This document shows, piece by piece, positions 30,318 through 39,601 of a stretch of DNA of 64,000 bases. The notes beneath the pieces were generated by a model. That model was not told where the DNA came from and did not search any database. It was given only the letters and a program-made list of their open reading frames with translations. Made by a program: the position numbers and the translations under genes. Positions within the stretch are counted from its first letter, which is position 1. Each line of letters opens with the position of its first letter. The stretch comes from Trueperaceae bacterium (GTDB lineage: Bacteria; Deinococcota; Deinococci; Deinococcales; Trueperaceae): NCBI GenBank assembly GCA_965215565.1, contig CBDCDZ010000004.1:1536001-1600000 (forward strand), written 5' to 3'.

Positions 30318-30587
30318 TCAGCGCTTCTTACGGCTCCGAGACGAAATAGCCGTGGCATCTAGCTCGAGGCTCTTCGCTTCATCATCGTACTGATAGGTGG
30401 GGACGCCCGCCGCACCAATCTGTTCCGCCAAGTCCTCATCTTTGACCACCGCGTAGTTTTTGCCCTTCACGCTGACCGCTTGCACCTTGCCCTCATCCGC
30501 CGCCCACTTCCACAGTTCCATCAAACTTGGGTTTTTGAGCAGCACGTTACCCGTGACCTCTTTAGCGTCGAACGCGGGATAGACCAT
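30318..30587 (-). CDS. Hypothetical protein
   Basis: Clean ORF with TAAACT -10 box 5 nt before the ATG. Confidence 0.65.
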   Translation of the reverse strand: MVYPAFDAKEVTGNVLLKNPSLMELWKWAADEGKVQAVSVKGKNYAVVKDEDLAEQIGAAGVPTYQYDDEAKSLELDATAISSRSRKKR

Positions 30588-30624
30588 AGTGCAGTTTACG
30601 CTTAAACGGCAGTGTTTTTAGCGC

Positions 30625-31773
30625 TCACGACTTCAAAAGGATAGCGGGAATTTCGTAACGCGGACCCGTGAGCGGCAAATGAACACTCACAGTTGTCCCC
30701 TCGCCGAGTTCTGACTCGACGGTCATCTCGCCCCCTAGCGCCGACACGTACTCGTCCGTGCCGACGAGCCCGAAGTGATCTTCGCGGGCCAATGCACCAT
30801 AGGAGTTAGGAACTTCAAAGCCACGTCCGTTGTCTCGAATTTGCAACTCGGCTTCATCCGCATCGTCATCAAAAGAGAGCGTTACGCTGATTTTCGAGGC
30901 CTGCGCGTGCGTGGCGGCGTTGCGCAGTGCCTCTTGGGTAGCGCGAAATAAGCAGAGCGAGAGCTGCTGCGCGGTCTTGTCGTCTTTAGGCAAGTAGCCG
31001 TTGCTTTCGGCTAGCTCGAGCCTAATCTCCGGCACGTCGCCGCCCCTCTCTTTGGTAAAGTTCTCTACGTAGTTCTCAATCGCGGCGCTGAGCCCGAGTT
31101 CGGCGAGTCCGGCGGGGCGCAGCCCGCGGATCACGCCGCGCAGTCTCTTTGACACCTCGAGCACCTCTTGTTGGTAGCCCTTAAAGGTCTCAGAGGCGCT
31201 ACGACCGCATGTGTCACACGTTTTCGCCTCTTTGCTCTCCTGCGCCAGCTTGTACGATAGCCCGATGAGCCCCTGCACCGCGTCGTCGTGGAGTTCGCGC
31301 GCTAGGGACAGACGTTCGCGTTCGCGCATCTGGGCGAGCCTGAGGCGGGCTTGCTCGAGTTGCGACTGCACCTCCCTAAGCTCGGTGATATCCGAGAAGG
31401 TGAAGATTGCACACGCTTCGCCTCTAAGGTCAATGGGTTTTGCCAACATAATAACGCGCTTTTTGTCACCGGATTTCGTCTCGAGGTTCATCTCGGTTTG
31501 CCGAATGGTTCTGTTCTGCCGCAACTCGGTGAGCACCCGCTCGAATTCGGACGTCGTGTCGTAAGGCTGCACCTCGTAAAACGTACGCTCTAATAAATCC
31601 GCTTTTTCATACCCTAGAACGTCTAAAAACCCGTCGTTCACCGCTACGTGCTGCACGTTGCTGAGCCGCACGATGACTGACGGAGCGGGCGTCGTCTCAA
31701 ATACGACAGAAAAACACTCTTCAGCTTTTGCCTGCGTCACCCTCGCTTCACTTTCACCGTTTCGCTCTGCCAT
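30625..31773 (-). CDS. PAS-domain HisKA_3 sensor histidine kinase (no adjacent response regulator)
   Basis: ARELHDD, QEALRNA..HA, DNGRGF, FGL.G. Confidence 0.9.
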   Translation of the reverse strand: MAERNGESEARVTQAKAEECFSVVFETTPAPSVIVRLSNVQHVAVNDGFLDVLGYEKADLLERTFYEVQPYDTTSEFERVLTELRQNRTIRQTEMNLETKSGDKKRVIMLAKPIDLRGEACAIFTFSDITELREVQSQLEQARLRLAQMRERERLSLARELHDDAVQGLIGLSYKLAQESKEAKTCDTCGRSASETFKGYQQEVLEVSKRLRGVIRGLRPAGLAELGLSAAIENYVENFTKERGGDVPEIRLELAESNGYLPKDDKTAQQLSLCLFRATQEALRNAATHAQASKISVTLSFDDDADEAELQIRDNGRGFEVPNSYGALAREDHFGLVGTDEYVSALGGEMTVESELGEGTTVSVHLPLTGPRYEIPAILLKS

Positions 31774-32109
31774 ATGTCGCGTCCTCGCGTTTGCTATAGA
31801 TTGCTGCCGCCATTTGGTAGCCTTAGTATCTCATGAAGTGCTCGGTGCTGACAAGGGAAAAGGAACACTTTAGCGCGTCAGGAAAACCCAACTAGCCGAA
31901 ATGCTTCTTTTCGCCCGCCCCGCCTTTACGGCCACCCCAGCTTGTGATAGACTCACCTTTGGTTTTGTGCCACGGCAGACCCCCGACCATCCTGCACGGT
32001 CACAAAGAGCTATAGAGCAAGATATCAATTCCCCGCAATTTCCTGTTTGCTCCGTTTGGTAGGACGCGGCAAACTCCAGAGAGTAGAACCCAGTTAGAGG
32101 ACGTGAATT

Positions 32110-32535
32110 GTGAAGACGTATTTCCCTAAAACCCCCGGCAGTGACTGGATAGTCGTAGACGCCGAAGGGCAGACCGTGGGGCGCATCGCCACCCAAATCG
32201 CCAGCCTGCTGCGCGGCAAGCACAAGCCCGACTTTACCCCCAACCAGCTCTGCGGCGACTTCGTCGTGGTCATCAACGCCGACAAGGTGATCTTTACAGG
32301 CAAGAAGATGGACCAGAAGGTCTACACCCGCTACAGCGGCTATCAGGGCGGCTTGAAAGTCACCAACGCCCGCACCGTCTTGAACCGCCACCCCGAGCGC
32401 ATCATCGAGCACGCGGTCTGGGGAATGCTCCCCAAGACCCGCTTAGGTCGCAAGATGATCCGCCGCCTCAAGGTCTACCCCGGCACGGCGCACCCCCACA
32501 GCGCCCAGCAGCCCAAAGAGATGGAGCTTCGCTAA
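32110..32535 (+). CDS. rplM: 50S ribosomal protein L13
   Basis: [11 protein letters not shown]...GDFVVVINA...GMLPK. Confidence 0.98.
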   Translation: MKTYFPKTPGSDWIVVDAEGQTVGRIATQIASLLRGKHKPDFTPNQLCGDFVVVINADKVIFTGKKMDQKVYTRYSGYQGGLKVTNARTVLNRHPERIIEHAVWGMLPKTRLGRKMIRRLKVYPGTAHPHSAQQPKEMELR

Positions 32536-32927
32536 TGGCACTCGAACAGTATTACGGCACAGGTCGCCGCAAAACGTCCGTCGCCCGCGTCTTTTTGCGC
32601 CCCGGACAGGGCCGCATCATCGTGAACGGCAAGGACTTTCAAACCTACTTTCGCGGTATCTTTGTGGGCGTACAAGCTTTAGAACCCCTCAAAGTCACCG
32701 GCACCGCCGGACGCTACGACGCGCTCATCACCGTCAAGGGTGGCGGCCCGAGTGGTCAGGCGGACGCAATTAAGCTGGGCGTCGCCCGCGCTTTAGTCAA
32801 AGTCAACCCGGACTTTCGCGCCAAGCTCAAGCCCGGCGGCTACTTGACCCGCGACGCACGCGAGGTCGAGCGCAAGAAGTACGGTCTACGCAAGGCACGC
32901 CGCGCCCCGCAGTACAGCAAGCGCTAA
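32535..32927 (+). CDS. rpsI: 30S ribosomal protein S9
   Basis: YGTGRRK...[19 protein letters not shown]. Confidence 0.98.
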   Translation: MALEQYYGTGRRKTSVARVFLRPGQGRIIVNGKDFQTYFRGIFVGVQALEPLKVTGTAGRYDALITVKGGGPSGQADAIKLGVARALVKVNPDFRAKLKPGGYLTRDAREVERKKYGLRKARRAPQYSKR

Positions 32928-32945
32928 AAGACAAGTTCTAAAGAG

Positions 32946-32997
32946 AAAAGGACTGAGGGAAAAGAGGTTAGAGCCTTCCTTCAGTCTTTTTCTTTTT
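32946..32997 (+). terminator. Intrinsic terminator after rpsI
   Basis: AAAAGGACTGAGGGA...TCCTTCAGTCTTTTT stem followed by a T tract. Confidence 0.7.
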
Positions 32998-33135
32998 GAG
33001 GTTGGGGCGTACGTACAGGCTTCTTAGACGAAAAGGCTGTATTATTTCGTTTGTATGGGGCTCGAGCCCCAATCTTGACTTCCCATGACATACGTCAGGT
33101 ATATCTCACATAGCTTATCTATCTAAGGACCCTCT

Positions 33136-34011
33136 ATGACCACCTTTCAAGCCATTATCTTAGGCATCGTCCAGGGGCTCACCGAGTTCTTGCCGATCTC
33201 GAGCAGCGCCCACCTCCGCATCGTCCCTGCGCTCTTAGGTTGGGAGGACCCCGGCGCAGCTTTTACCGCCGTGACGCAAATCGGTACCGAAGCCGCTGTG
33301 ATCATCTTTTTCTGGCGTGACATCTGGCGTATCGGCAAGACGTGGATTCAGGCGCTTTATACGCCCGAGCTGCGCGGCACCATCGACGCTCGGATGGGCT
33401 GGTACGTAATTTTAGGGACCTTTCCGATTGCGATTTTGGGGCTCTTATTCGAAGACCAGATCGACACGGTGGCGCGGGACTTACGGCTCATCTCCACCAC
33501 GCTCATTGTGCTGGGGATCGTACTCTGGATTGCGGACAGGCAGGCGCGTACCGAGAAGGCGCTGGATAATCTTAATCTCTTCGACGGTCTTGTGTACGGC
33601 TTCGCGCAGGCGTTGGCGCTTGTGCCCGGCGTATCGCGCTCGGGCGCGACGATCAGCGCGGGGCTCTTTCTAGGCTATGAGAGGGCGGCGGCGGCGCGCT
33701 ATGCGTTTCTTCTAGCGATTCCGGCGGTGGTGGCGTCGGGGCTCTACAAATTGCCGGACGCGCTCGCAGGCGACGGTCCGGGTTGGGCACTCACGCTTAC
33801 CTCGACGGCGTTCGCCTTTATCTTCGGCTACGCCTCGATTGCCTGGCTCCTGCGCTATGTGAGTAAGAACTCGTATCTGCCTTTCGTGATTTACCGGATT
33901 GGTTTAGGAACGCTCGTCGCGTTGCTGCTGGCGTTCGGGGTGCTCGAGCCCAGAGATGCCCCTGCCACAGAAGAGATAACGAGCGTAACAACACAAGAGG
34001 TCAGCCGCTGA
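33136..34011 (+). CDS. uppP: Undecaprenyl-diphosphatase
   Basis: [27 protein letters not shown]. Confidence 0.95.
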   Translation: MTTFQAIILGIVQGLTEFLPISSSAHLRIVPALLGWEDPGAAFTAVTQIGTEAAVIIFFWRDIWRIGKTWIQALYTPELRGTIDARMGWYVILGTFPIAILGLLFEDQIDTVARDLRLISTTLIVLGIVLWIADRQARTEKALDNLNLFDGLVYGFAQALALVPGVSRSGATISAGLFLGYERAAAARYAFLLAIPAVVASGLYKLPDALAGDGPGWALTLTSTAFAFIFGYASIAWLLRYVSKNSYLPFVIYRIGLGTLVALLLAFGVLEPRDAPATEEITSVTTQEVSR

Positions 34012-34019
34012 GATTATGA

Positions 34020-34043
34020 AACAAGGGGTTGCAACCCCTTGTT
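34020..34043. repeat. REP-like palindrome, copy 2
   Basis: AACAAGGGGTTGCAACCCCTTGTT, a perfect palindrome just after the uppP stop. Confidence 0.6.
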
Positions 34044-34332
34044 CAAGACCTCGAGTTCTCCAACTACGCCAAAACAACAAAGGTAATTTTTTAGCTGAGC
34101 TAGACTAGAGTTTATAGCAGGTCTCAGCCGCTAGGCTAGCGGAACCTCATCTGGTTCGGGCCAATCTGATGAGGAAAAACACATTTTAGCACGTACGTCA
34201 ATCGATGAGACCCGCGTAGTATAAACTCAGTGACTTTGGAAAACCCTTTACTTAGCTCGTATCTAAAGTTACATCAACGTTATAAACGAAGCAGGCAAAG
34301 CAGCGAATGAACCATTATCAGGAGGTCTCTCC

Positions 34333-35868
34333 ATGTCCATAAAAACCCGCATCGCGCCCTCACCCACCGGCGACCCGCACGTCGGCACGGCTTACGTGGG
34401 GCTTTTCAACTATGTTTTTACCAAGCAGCAGGGCGGCAGCTTTATTTTGCGCATCGAAGATACCGACCAAGCTCGCTACAACGAGACGAGCGAGCGCCGT
34501 ATTTTGGAGATGATGGGGTGGCTCGGGCTAAACCCTGACGAGGGTCCCCACGCAGGCGGACCGAGCGAGCCGTACCGCCAGAGCGAGCGCAAAGCTATCT
34601 ACAAGAAGTACGCGGATGAACTGCTCGAGCAGGGCGCGCTCTACCGCGCCTTTGAGACATCCGAGGAATTGGCGAGCATCCGCGAAGTAAAAGGCGGCTA
34701 CGACGGGCGAGCGAGAGATATTCCTAAAGAGGAATCCGACAAACGCGCAGAGGACGGCGAACCGTTCGTCCTCCGCTTGAGAACGCCCGATGAGGGCGAA
34801 ACGAGCTTTCATGACGAATTGCGCGGCGTCGTGCGCGTGCCGAACAGCGAGCTGCGCGACGCGGTGATGGTGAAAAGCGACGGCTTTCCGACCTATCACT
34901 TCGCCGTGGTGGTGGATGACCACCTCATGGGCGTTACGCACGTCGTTCGCGGTGAGGACTGGATCGTCAGCACGCCCTTACACGTGACGCTTTATGAGGC
35001 GTTCGGCTGGGACGCGCCCAAGTTCGCGCACTTGCCGCTTCTGCGCAACGCCGACAAAACGCGGCTCAGCAAGCGTAAGAACGACACGAGCGTGGACTCT
35101 TACCGCGAACAAGGTATCCTGCCCGAAGCTTTGCTGAATTACCTCGGCACGATGGGCTGGAGTATGCCCGACGGACACGAGTTCTTTGATTTAGAGGACA
35201 TGATCGACAATTTCTCCTTCAACCGCGTTTCACTAGGCGGACCTGTTTTCGACCTCAAGAAGTTGCGCTTTTTCAACGCGAAATACCTCCGCGATATCTT
35301 GAGCTTAGAAGAGGTAGCGGAGCGCGTGGAGCCGCTTTTGAAAGAAAAGAGGCTCACGTGGGAGGACGAAGACTACCTCTTGGATGTCATCGACGTGTTG
35401 AGGCCGAGGGCTGAAACGCTCATGGACTTCACCGCGCACGACTACTTCTTTCGCGACGACTTCACCTACAGCCCCGACGCGAAGAAAAAAATCGCAGGTG
35501 GACAAACCTACTTGCAGGATATGGAGGGCGAATTCGCCCGCTTGGACTCGTACGATGTGGATTCGGTGGACGACACGATTCGCGACTACGTGCAGTCGCA
35601 GAGCGTCGGTATGGGCAAGGTGATGCAGCCTTTACGGGCGGCGCTCACAGGCAAAACGAACGCGCCCAGCGTGACAGACTTAGTCTCTGTGTTGGGACGC
35701 CAGCGCGTGATGGCGCGCATCGGGCGGGCGCTCACAACGGTCACAGACGATCTGCCAGACGACAAACCAGAGAAACCTCAAAAGGACGAAAAGAAGGATG
35801 ATGAGAAGAAAGAGAAAAGGGAAAAGAGAAAAGATGACGGTGGCGCAGAAGGGAACGAGGCAGCTTAA
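34333..35868 (+). CDS. gltX: Glutamate--tRNA ligase
   Basis: RIAPSPTGDPHVG, LRIEDTD, LSKRK. Confidence 0.96.
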   Translation: MSIKTRIAPSPTGDPHVGTAYVGLFNYVFTKQQGGSFILRIEDTDQARYNETSERRILEMMGWLGLNPDEGPHAGGPSEPYRQSERKAIYKKYADELLEQGALYRAFETSEELASIREVKGGYDGRARDIPKEESDKRAEDGEPFVLRLRTPDEGETSFHDELRGVVRVPNSELRDAVMVKSDGFPTYHFAVVVDDHLMGVTHVVRGEDWIVSTPLHVTLYEAFGWDAPKFAHLPLLRNADKTRLSKRKNDTSVDSYREQGILPEALLNYLGTMGWSMPDGHEFFDLEDMIDNFSFNRVSLGGPVFDLKKLRFFNAKYLRDILSLEEVAERVEPLLKEKRLTWEDEDYLLDVIDVLRPRAETLMDFTAHDYFFRDDFTYSPDAKKKIAGGQTYLQDMEGEFARLDSYDVDSVDDTIRDYVQSQSVGMGKVMQPLRAALTGKTNAPSVTDLVSVLGRQRVMARIGRALTTVTDDLPDDKPEKPQKDEKKDDEKKEKREKRKDDGGAEGNEAA

Positions 35869-36812
35869 TGGCGTGGTTTGACAGACTCAAGCAGGGACTC
35901 AGCAAGACGCGGGACGTGCTCACGACAGACGTGCGCGACCTCAGCCGCAGTTGGGAGATGGAGTGGGATGACTTGGAGTTCGCCCTCATCGGCGCGGACA
36001 CGGGCGCGAGAATCGCCGCGGAAGTCGTCGAAGAGGCGAAGCGCGAGCGCGAGCGCGGCTCGACCTTCAAGGAGGCGCTGGAAAAAGCGCTCATGGACCA
36101 GCTCGAGCCCGACCAGATGCGCCAGAAGCTGCGCCGCGTCGGGTTCAACTTAGATGTGTCGCGCAACGTCGTCGAGGTCAAGAGTAAAGTTGTGATGGTG
36201 GTGGGCGTCAACGGCGTCGGTAAAACCACCACCATCGCTAAACTCGGACAGTACTACCAAAATAGCGGCAGAAAGGTCATGTTCGCCGCGGGCGACACCT
36301 TCCGCGCCGCCGCCACCGCGCAACTTTCGGTGTGGGGGGACCGTCTAAATATCCCTACCGTCACCGGACCCGACGGAAGTGACCCCGGCGCAGTCGCCTT
36401 CGACGGGGCGCAGCAGCGCCGCGCGAAGGGGTACGACCTCTTATTCGTGGACACCGCCGGACGTCTCCACACGAAGCACAACCTCATGGAAGAGCTTAAA
36501 AAGGTCAAGCGGGTCATCGGCAAAGCGGACCCCAATGAACCCAAAGAGGTGTGGCTCGTCCTCGACGCGGTGACGGGGCAAAACGGACTCGCGCAGGCGA
36601 AGAAGTTTCACGAGGCAGTGGGCGTGACGGGTGTCGTCGTCACGAAGCTAGACGGCACCGCGAAAGGCGGGATTCTCTTGCCTATTGCTAAAGAGTTGAA
36701 CTTGCCGATCAAGTTCATCGGCGTGGGCGAGAGCGCCCAAGACTTGCAACCTTACGACGCGGCGGCGTACGTGCAGGCGCTTTTAGATATTCCGCAGGCG
36801 GCGAAGGTGTAG
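35868..36812 (+). CDS. ftsY: SRP receptor FtsY
   Basis: GVNGVGKTTTIAKL, DTFRAAA, DTAGRL, TKLDGTAKGG. Confidence 0.97.
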   Translation: MAWFDRLKQGLSKTRDVLTTDVRDLSRSWEMEWDDLEFALIGADTGARIAAEVVEEAKRERERGSTFKEALEKALMDQLEPDQMRQKLRRVGFNLDVSRNVVEVKSKVVMVVGVNGVGKTTTIAKLGQYYQNSGRKVMFAAGDTFRAAATAQLSVWGDRLNIPTVTGPDGSDPGAVAFDGAQQRRAKGYDLLFVDTAGRLHTKHNLMEELKKVKRVIGKADPNEPKEVWLVLDAVTGQNGLAQAKKFHEAVGVTGVVVTKLDGTAKGGILLPIAKELNLPIKFIGVGESAQDLQPYDAAAYVQALLDIPQAAKV

Positions 36813-36851
36813 CTTTTTGGGTCGAACGCTGAAACGTTCGATCCTTTTCTC

Positions 36852-37535
36852 ATGTGCAAATCTCTTACGTATAAATCTCTCATGTACGAATTCGCCTTCG
36901 AATTCTGGCGACTCCTCGGGACAGAAGAGGTGAAAGTCGGTAGTTCAGTCGTTCTCGCTAACGAAAGCGTTCCCTTGCTTCTCAGCAACGCCGCGTGGTT
37001 TTCTGATGCGAGTGACCTGCCGAGCATTGCTACCTGGTATACAGAACGAGGTATCGTTCCTGCGCTTACCATTCCAGCCGTGCGAAGTGAAGCATTTGAA
37101 GAGGTGCTAAGGGGAAGCGCGTTCACCCTCGAGCGCTCCTTCACCTTCCGCGCATTAGAGGAACCTCTCGAGAAGAGTAACGACCTCTTGACCGAGCAAG
37201 TGAGTTGGGCGCAGGGGCGCATCCTGGGTGAGCATTTAGCGGCGCATTACGGTTTTCCTGCTTACGGCGCGGCACTCGGCGCAGCGATTACCGCCGCGAT
37301 GCAGCGCTCGCCTGACATCGTCAGCTTCGCCGCTTATAGCGCAGACGAGGTTGCGGGCGCACTCGTCGCTTTTGCACAGAAAGGCTCACTCAGCGCGATG
37401 ATGATCTCTGGCGCTTTAGAAGCGAGGCTTTATCAAGAGGCGGAGAGTCGCGACCTCGGGGCGTTCGTTTTTGAACTTCCTGAAGGGATAGCGGTCAAGG
37501 ATGAGGCTAGCCTCGAGCGCTGGAGCATTCGCTGA
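36852..37535 (+). CDS. Hypothetical protein (start may be 36882)
   Basis: Long ORF between ftsY and mqnB; no motif recognised. Confidence 0.65.
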   Translation: MCKSLTYKSLMYEFAFEFWRLLGTEEVKVGSSVVLANESVPLLLSNAAWFSDASDLPSIATWYTERGIVPALTIPAVRSEAFEEVLRGSAFTLERSFTFRALEEPLEKSNDLLTEQVSWAQGRILGEHLAAHYGFPAYGAALGAAITAAMQRSPDIVSFAAYSADEVAGALVAFAQKGSLSAMMISGALEARLYQEAESRDLGAFVFELPEGIAVKDEASLERWSIR

Positions 37536-37567
37536 CGGCGAGGCCTCGTAAACGTTACTCTAATCCG

Positions 37568-38251
37568 GTGATCTTACTCATGACTGCAACCAGCGCCGAA
37601 GGCAAACTTTTAAGGGAATCTCTGGACAACCTAGAAGAGCTTTCTTTCCCGCTCGGTCAGCTCTATTCGGGAACCTTAGCAGGGCGACCTCTTCATCTCG
37701 CGCATTTAGGTGTAGCCAAAGTCAATACGGCAGCCGGCTTAGCGCTCGCCGTCCACACCTTAGAGCCGGAGCACGTGATTCAGTTTGGTATCGGCGGCGC
37801 GTACGTCGGCTCGTTCTTGAGTGTCGGGATGGTGGCGGTAGCGGAAAGGGAGGTGCACCTCGACACGGGCGTCGTCACTGACGAGGGTTGGTTAGGGATG
37901 ATTGATGTCGGCTTTCCGCTGCTGGAAGGGCGTTACAACGTCTTCCCCACTGATGAGGGGTTGACTCGAGACCTGGAGAGACTCACAGGCGCGGTGCCGG
38001 GCGTTTTCGGCACCTCCGAAACGGTCACAGGCACCTTTGACGAGGCGGAAACGTTGCAGCGGCGTTTTGACCTCTCCGTGGAGTCGATGGAAGGCGCGGC
38101 GGCGGCGCAGGTTTGTCTCGCCTTGGAGACGCCCTTCGCCGAAATTCGCGGCGTCAGCAACATCGTCGGCGAGCGGGATAAACGCGCTTGGAACATCCCT
38201 TTGGCGGTGCGCTCGGTCAACAAAGCGCTGCTCGGCTTTCTGAAATCCTGA
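37568..38251 (+). CDS. mqnB: Futalosine hydrolase
   Basis: PNP/UDP fold: GVAKVN, GIGGAY, ESMEGAAAA, EIRGVSNIVGERD..AWNI. Confidence 0.85.
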   Translation: MILLMTATSAEGKLLRESLDNLEELSFPLGQLYSGTLAGRPLHLAHLGVAKVNTAAGLALAVHTLEPEHVIQFGIGGAYVGSFLSVGMVAVAEREVHLDTGVVTDEGWLGMIDVGFPLLEGRYNVFPTDEGLTRDLERLTGAVPGVFGTSETVTGTFDEAETLQRRFDLSVESMEGAAAAQVCLALETPFAEIRGVSNIVGERDKRAWNIPLAVRSVNKALLGFLKS

Positions 38252-38282
38252 GATATCTCGCTTGACTACAGGGTTTTCAAGG

Positions 38283-39212
38283 CTAGCGCCACTCCTCCAA
38301 CGCGATGACCTCTAAAAACGCGCTGACGACCTCTTCGGGATAGTGCTTGCCCGCGAGCCGGTTGATGCGCTGGATTGCAGCCTCCCTGGGCAGCGCATTC
38401 CTATAGGGTCTATCCGTTGTCATCGCGTCGAAAGCGTCGGTGATAGCGACGATATGCGCCTCGAGTAAAATCTCGTCTCCCCGGAGCCCCTGTGGGTAGC
38501 CCGAGCCGTCGGGACGTTCGTGGTGCTGCTCGACGATGGGTCCAGCCTCCGCGATGAGGGTATCTTCTAACATCTCGCGCCCGAAGGTAGGGTGGCACTT
38601 GATGATTCGCCACTCGGAAGGCGTGAGCGGGCTGGGCTTTTGCAACACCTCGACGGGCACCCTAACCTTACCCACGTCGTGCAAAAACGCCGCCACGTCT
38701 AAGAGATAGAGTCGCTCTTGCGACAAGCCGAGCTGTTTGCCGACCGCGAGCGCCAAGCGCTGCAAACGGTGACAGTGCTCGGCGGTGTAGCCGTCTTTCT
38801 TTTCGATAGAAACCGCTAAATTCATCAGTTCGCGGAGCGTCTGTGAGACGCTCCAGAAGGTGGGGACGCTCGAGACATATAGGAGCCGCGCCGACGCTTC
38901 AGCCCGCAGGGTGAGGGGCGCGTCAGGCGTGCGGCTCAGCAAGCAGTCGCCGACAGCTAAGCGCACGTTCGCGCCGACGAGCACCCCTTTGAGCATGTAG
39001 TAGCTCTCCTGCACCCCTTCGCGGGGTGCGACGGTGAGCGTCTCGCCGCGCCGCAGCGACAGCTCGTGCAACTCGACGCCACCCGGCTGCGTCACCAAAA
39101 GACGCCGCTGCAACGCGCCTTCGCTGATCGTCTCGATGCCGCCGCTCTGCTGAATGAGTTCGAAGCCTCTGGGTAGCTGCGCGCTCGACGTTTCATGTGA
39201 CTTAGACCCTAT
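38283..39212 (-). CDS. HD-GYP phosphodiesterase with cupin-like N-terminus
   Basis: HDVGK, HHERPDGSGYP, DAFDAMT.DRPY. The frame stays open upstream to an ATA at 39212 preceded by an AAAGGAG SD. Confidence 0.88.
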   Translation of the reverse strand: MGSKSHETSSAQLPRGFELIQQSGGIETISEGALQRRLLVTQPGGVELHELSLRRGETLTVAPREGVQESYYMLKGVLVGANVRLAVGDCLLSRTPDAPLTLRAEASARLLYVSSVPTFWSVSQTLRELMNLAVSIEKKDGYTAEHCHRLQRLALAVGKQLGLSQERLYLLDVAAFLHDVGKVRVPVEVLQKPSPLTPSEWRIIKCHPTFGREMLEDTLIAEAGPIVEQHHERPDGSGYPQGLRGDEILLEAHIVAITDAFDAMTTDRPYRNALPREAAIQRINRLAGKHYPEEVVSAFLEVIALEEWR

Positions 39213-39601
39213 GGCTCGGTGCTCCTTTCGGCGGTTATGACCTCAGTCAGGGCTCGCGACGAATTGCGGTGTGTTTGCGGTACATCTGCGGTGCGTTCGC
39301 CCTATAGGTTGTATCATTTCTAGCGATATTAGGCAAAATACACACATCACTGCATGTACACATAAGCTCACTTACCTATCCACTCAGGTATAACTTATGC
39401 ACAAAGCGTCTGCGGGCAACTATACTTGAGTCGAGGAACCCCGTCATGAGTCGCTAAGCACTTCAGCTTCAATAATCTAAACTATCTCGAGGAAGTTTTT
39501 GCGCTCAGAACGGACTTCGTTGACATTTTCTAATTTAGACTATTTCAACGCACCTACTTAGTCCACGCAATGCTCGCCTCTTTTTGTGTATAGTATTGCA
39601 C

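Noticed and set aside
38283..39113. HD-domain protein as a detached Cas3 nuclease
   Set aside because: Clear HD-GYP motifs, no helicase, and 17 kb from the cas genes.
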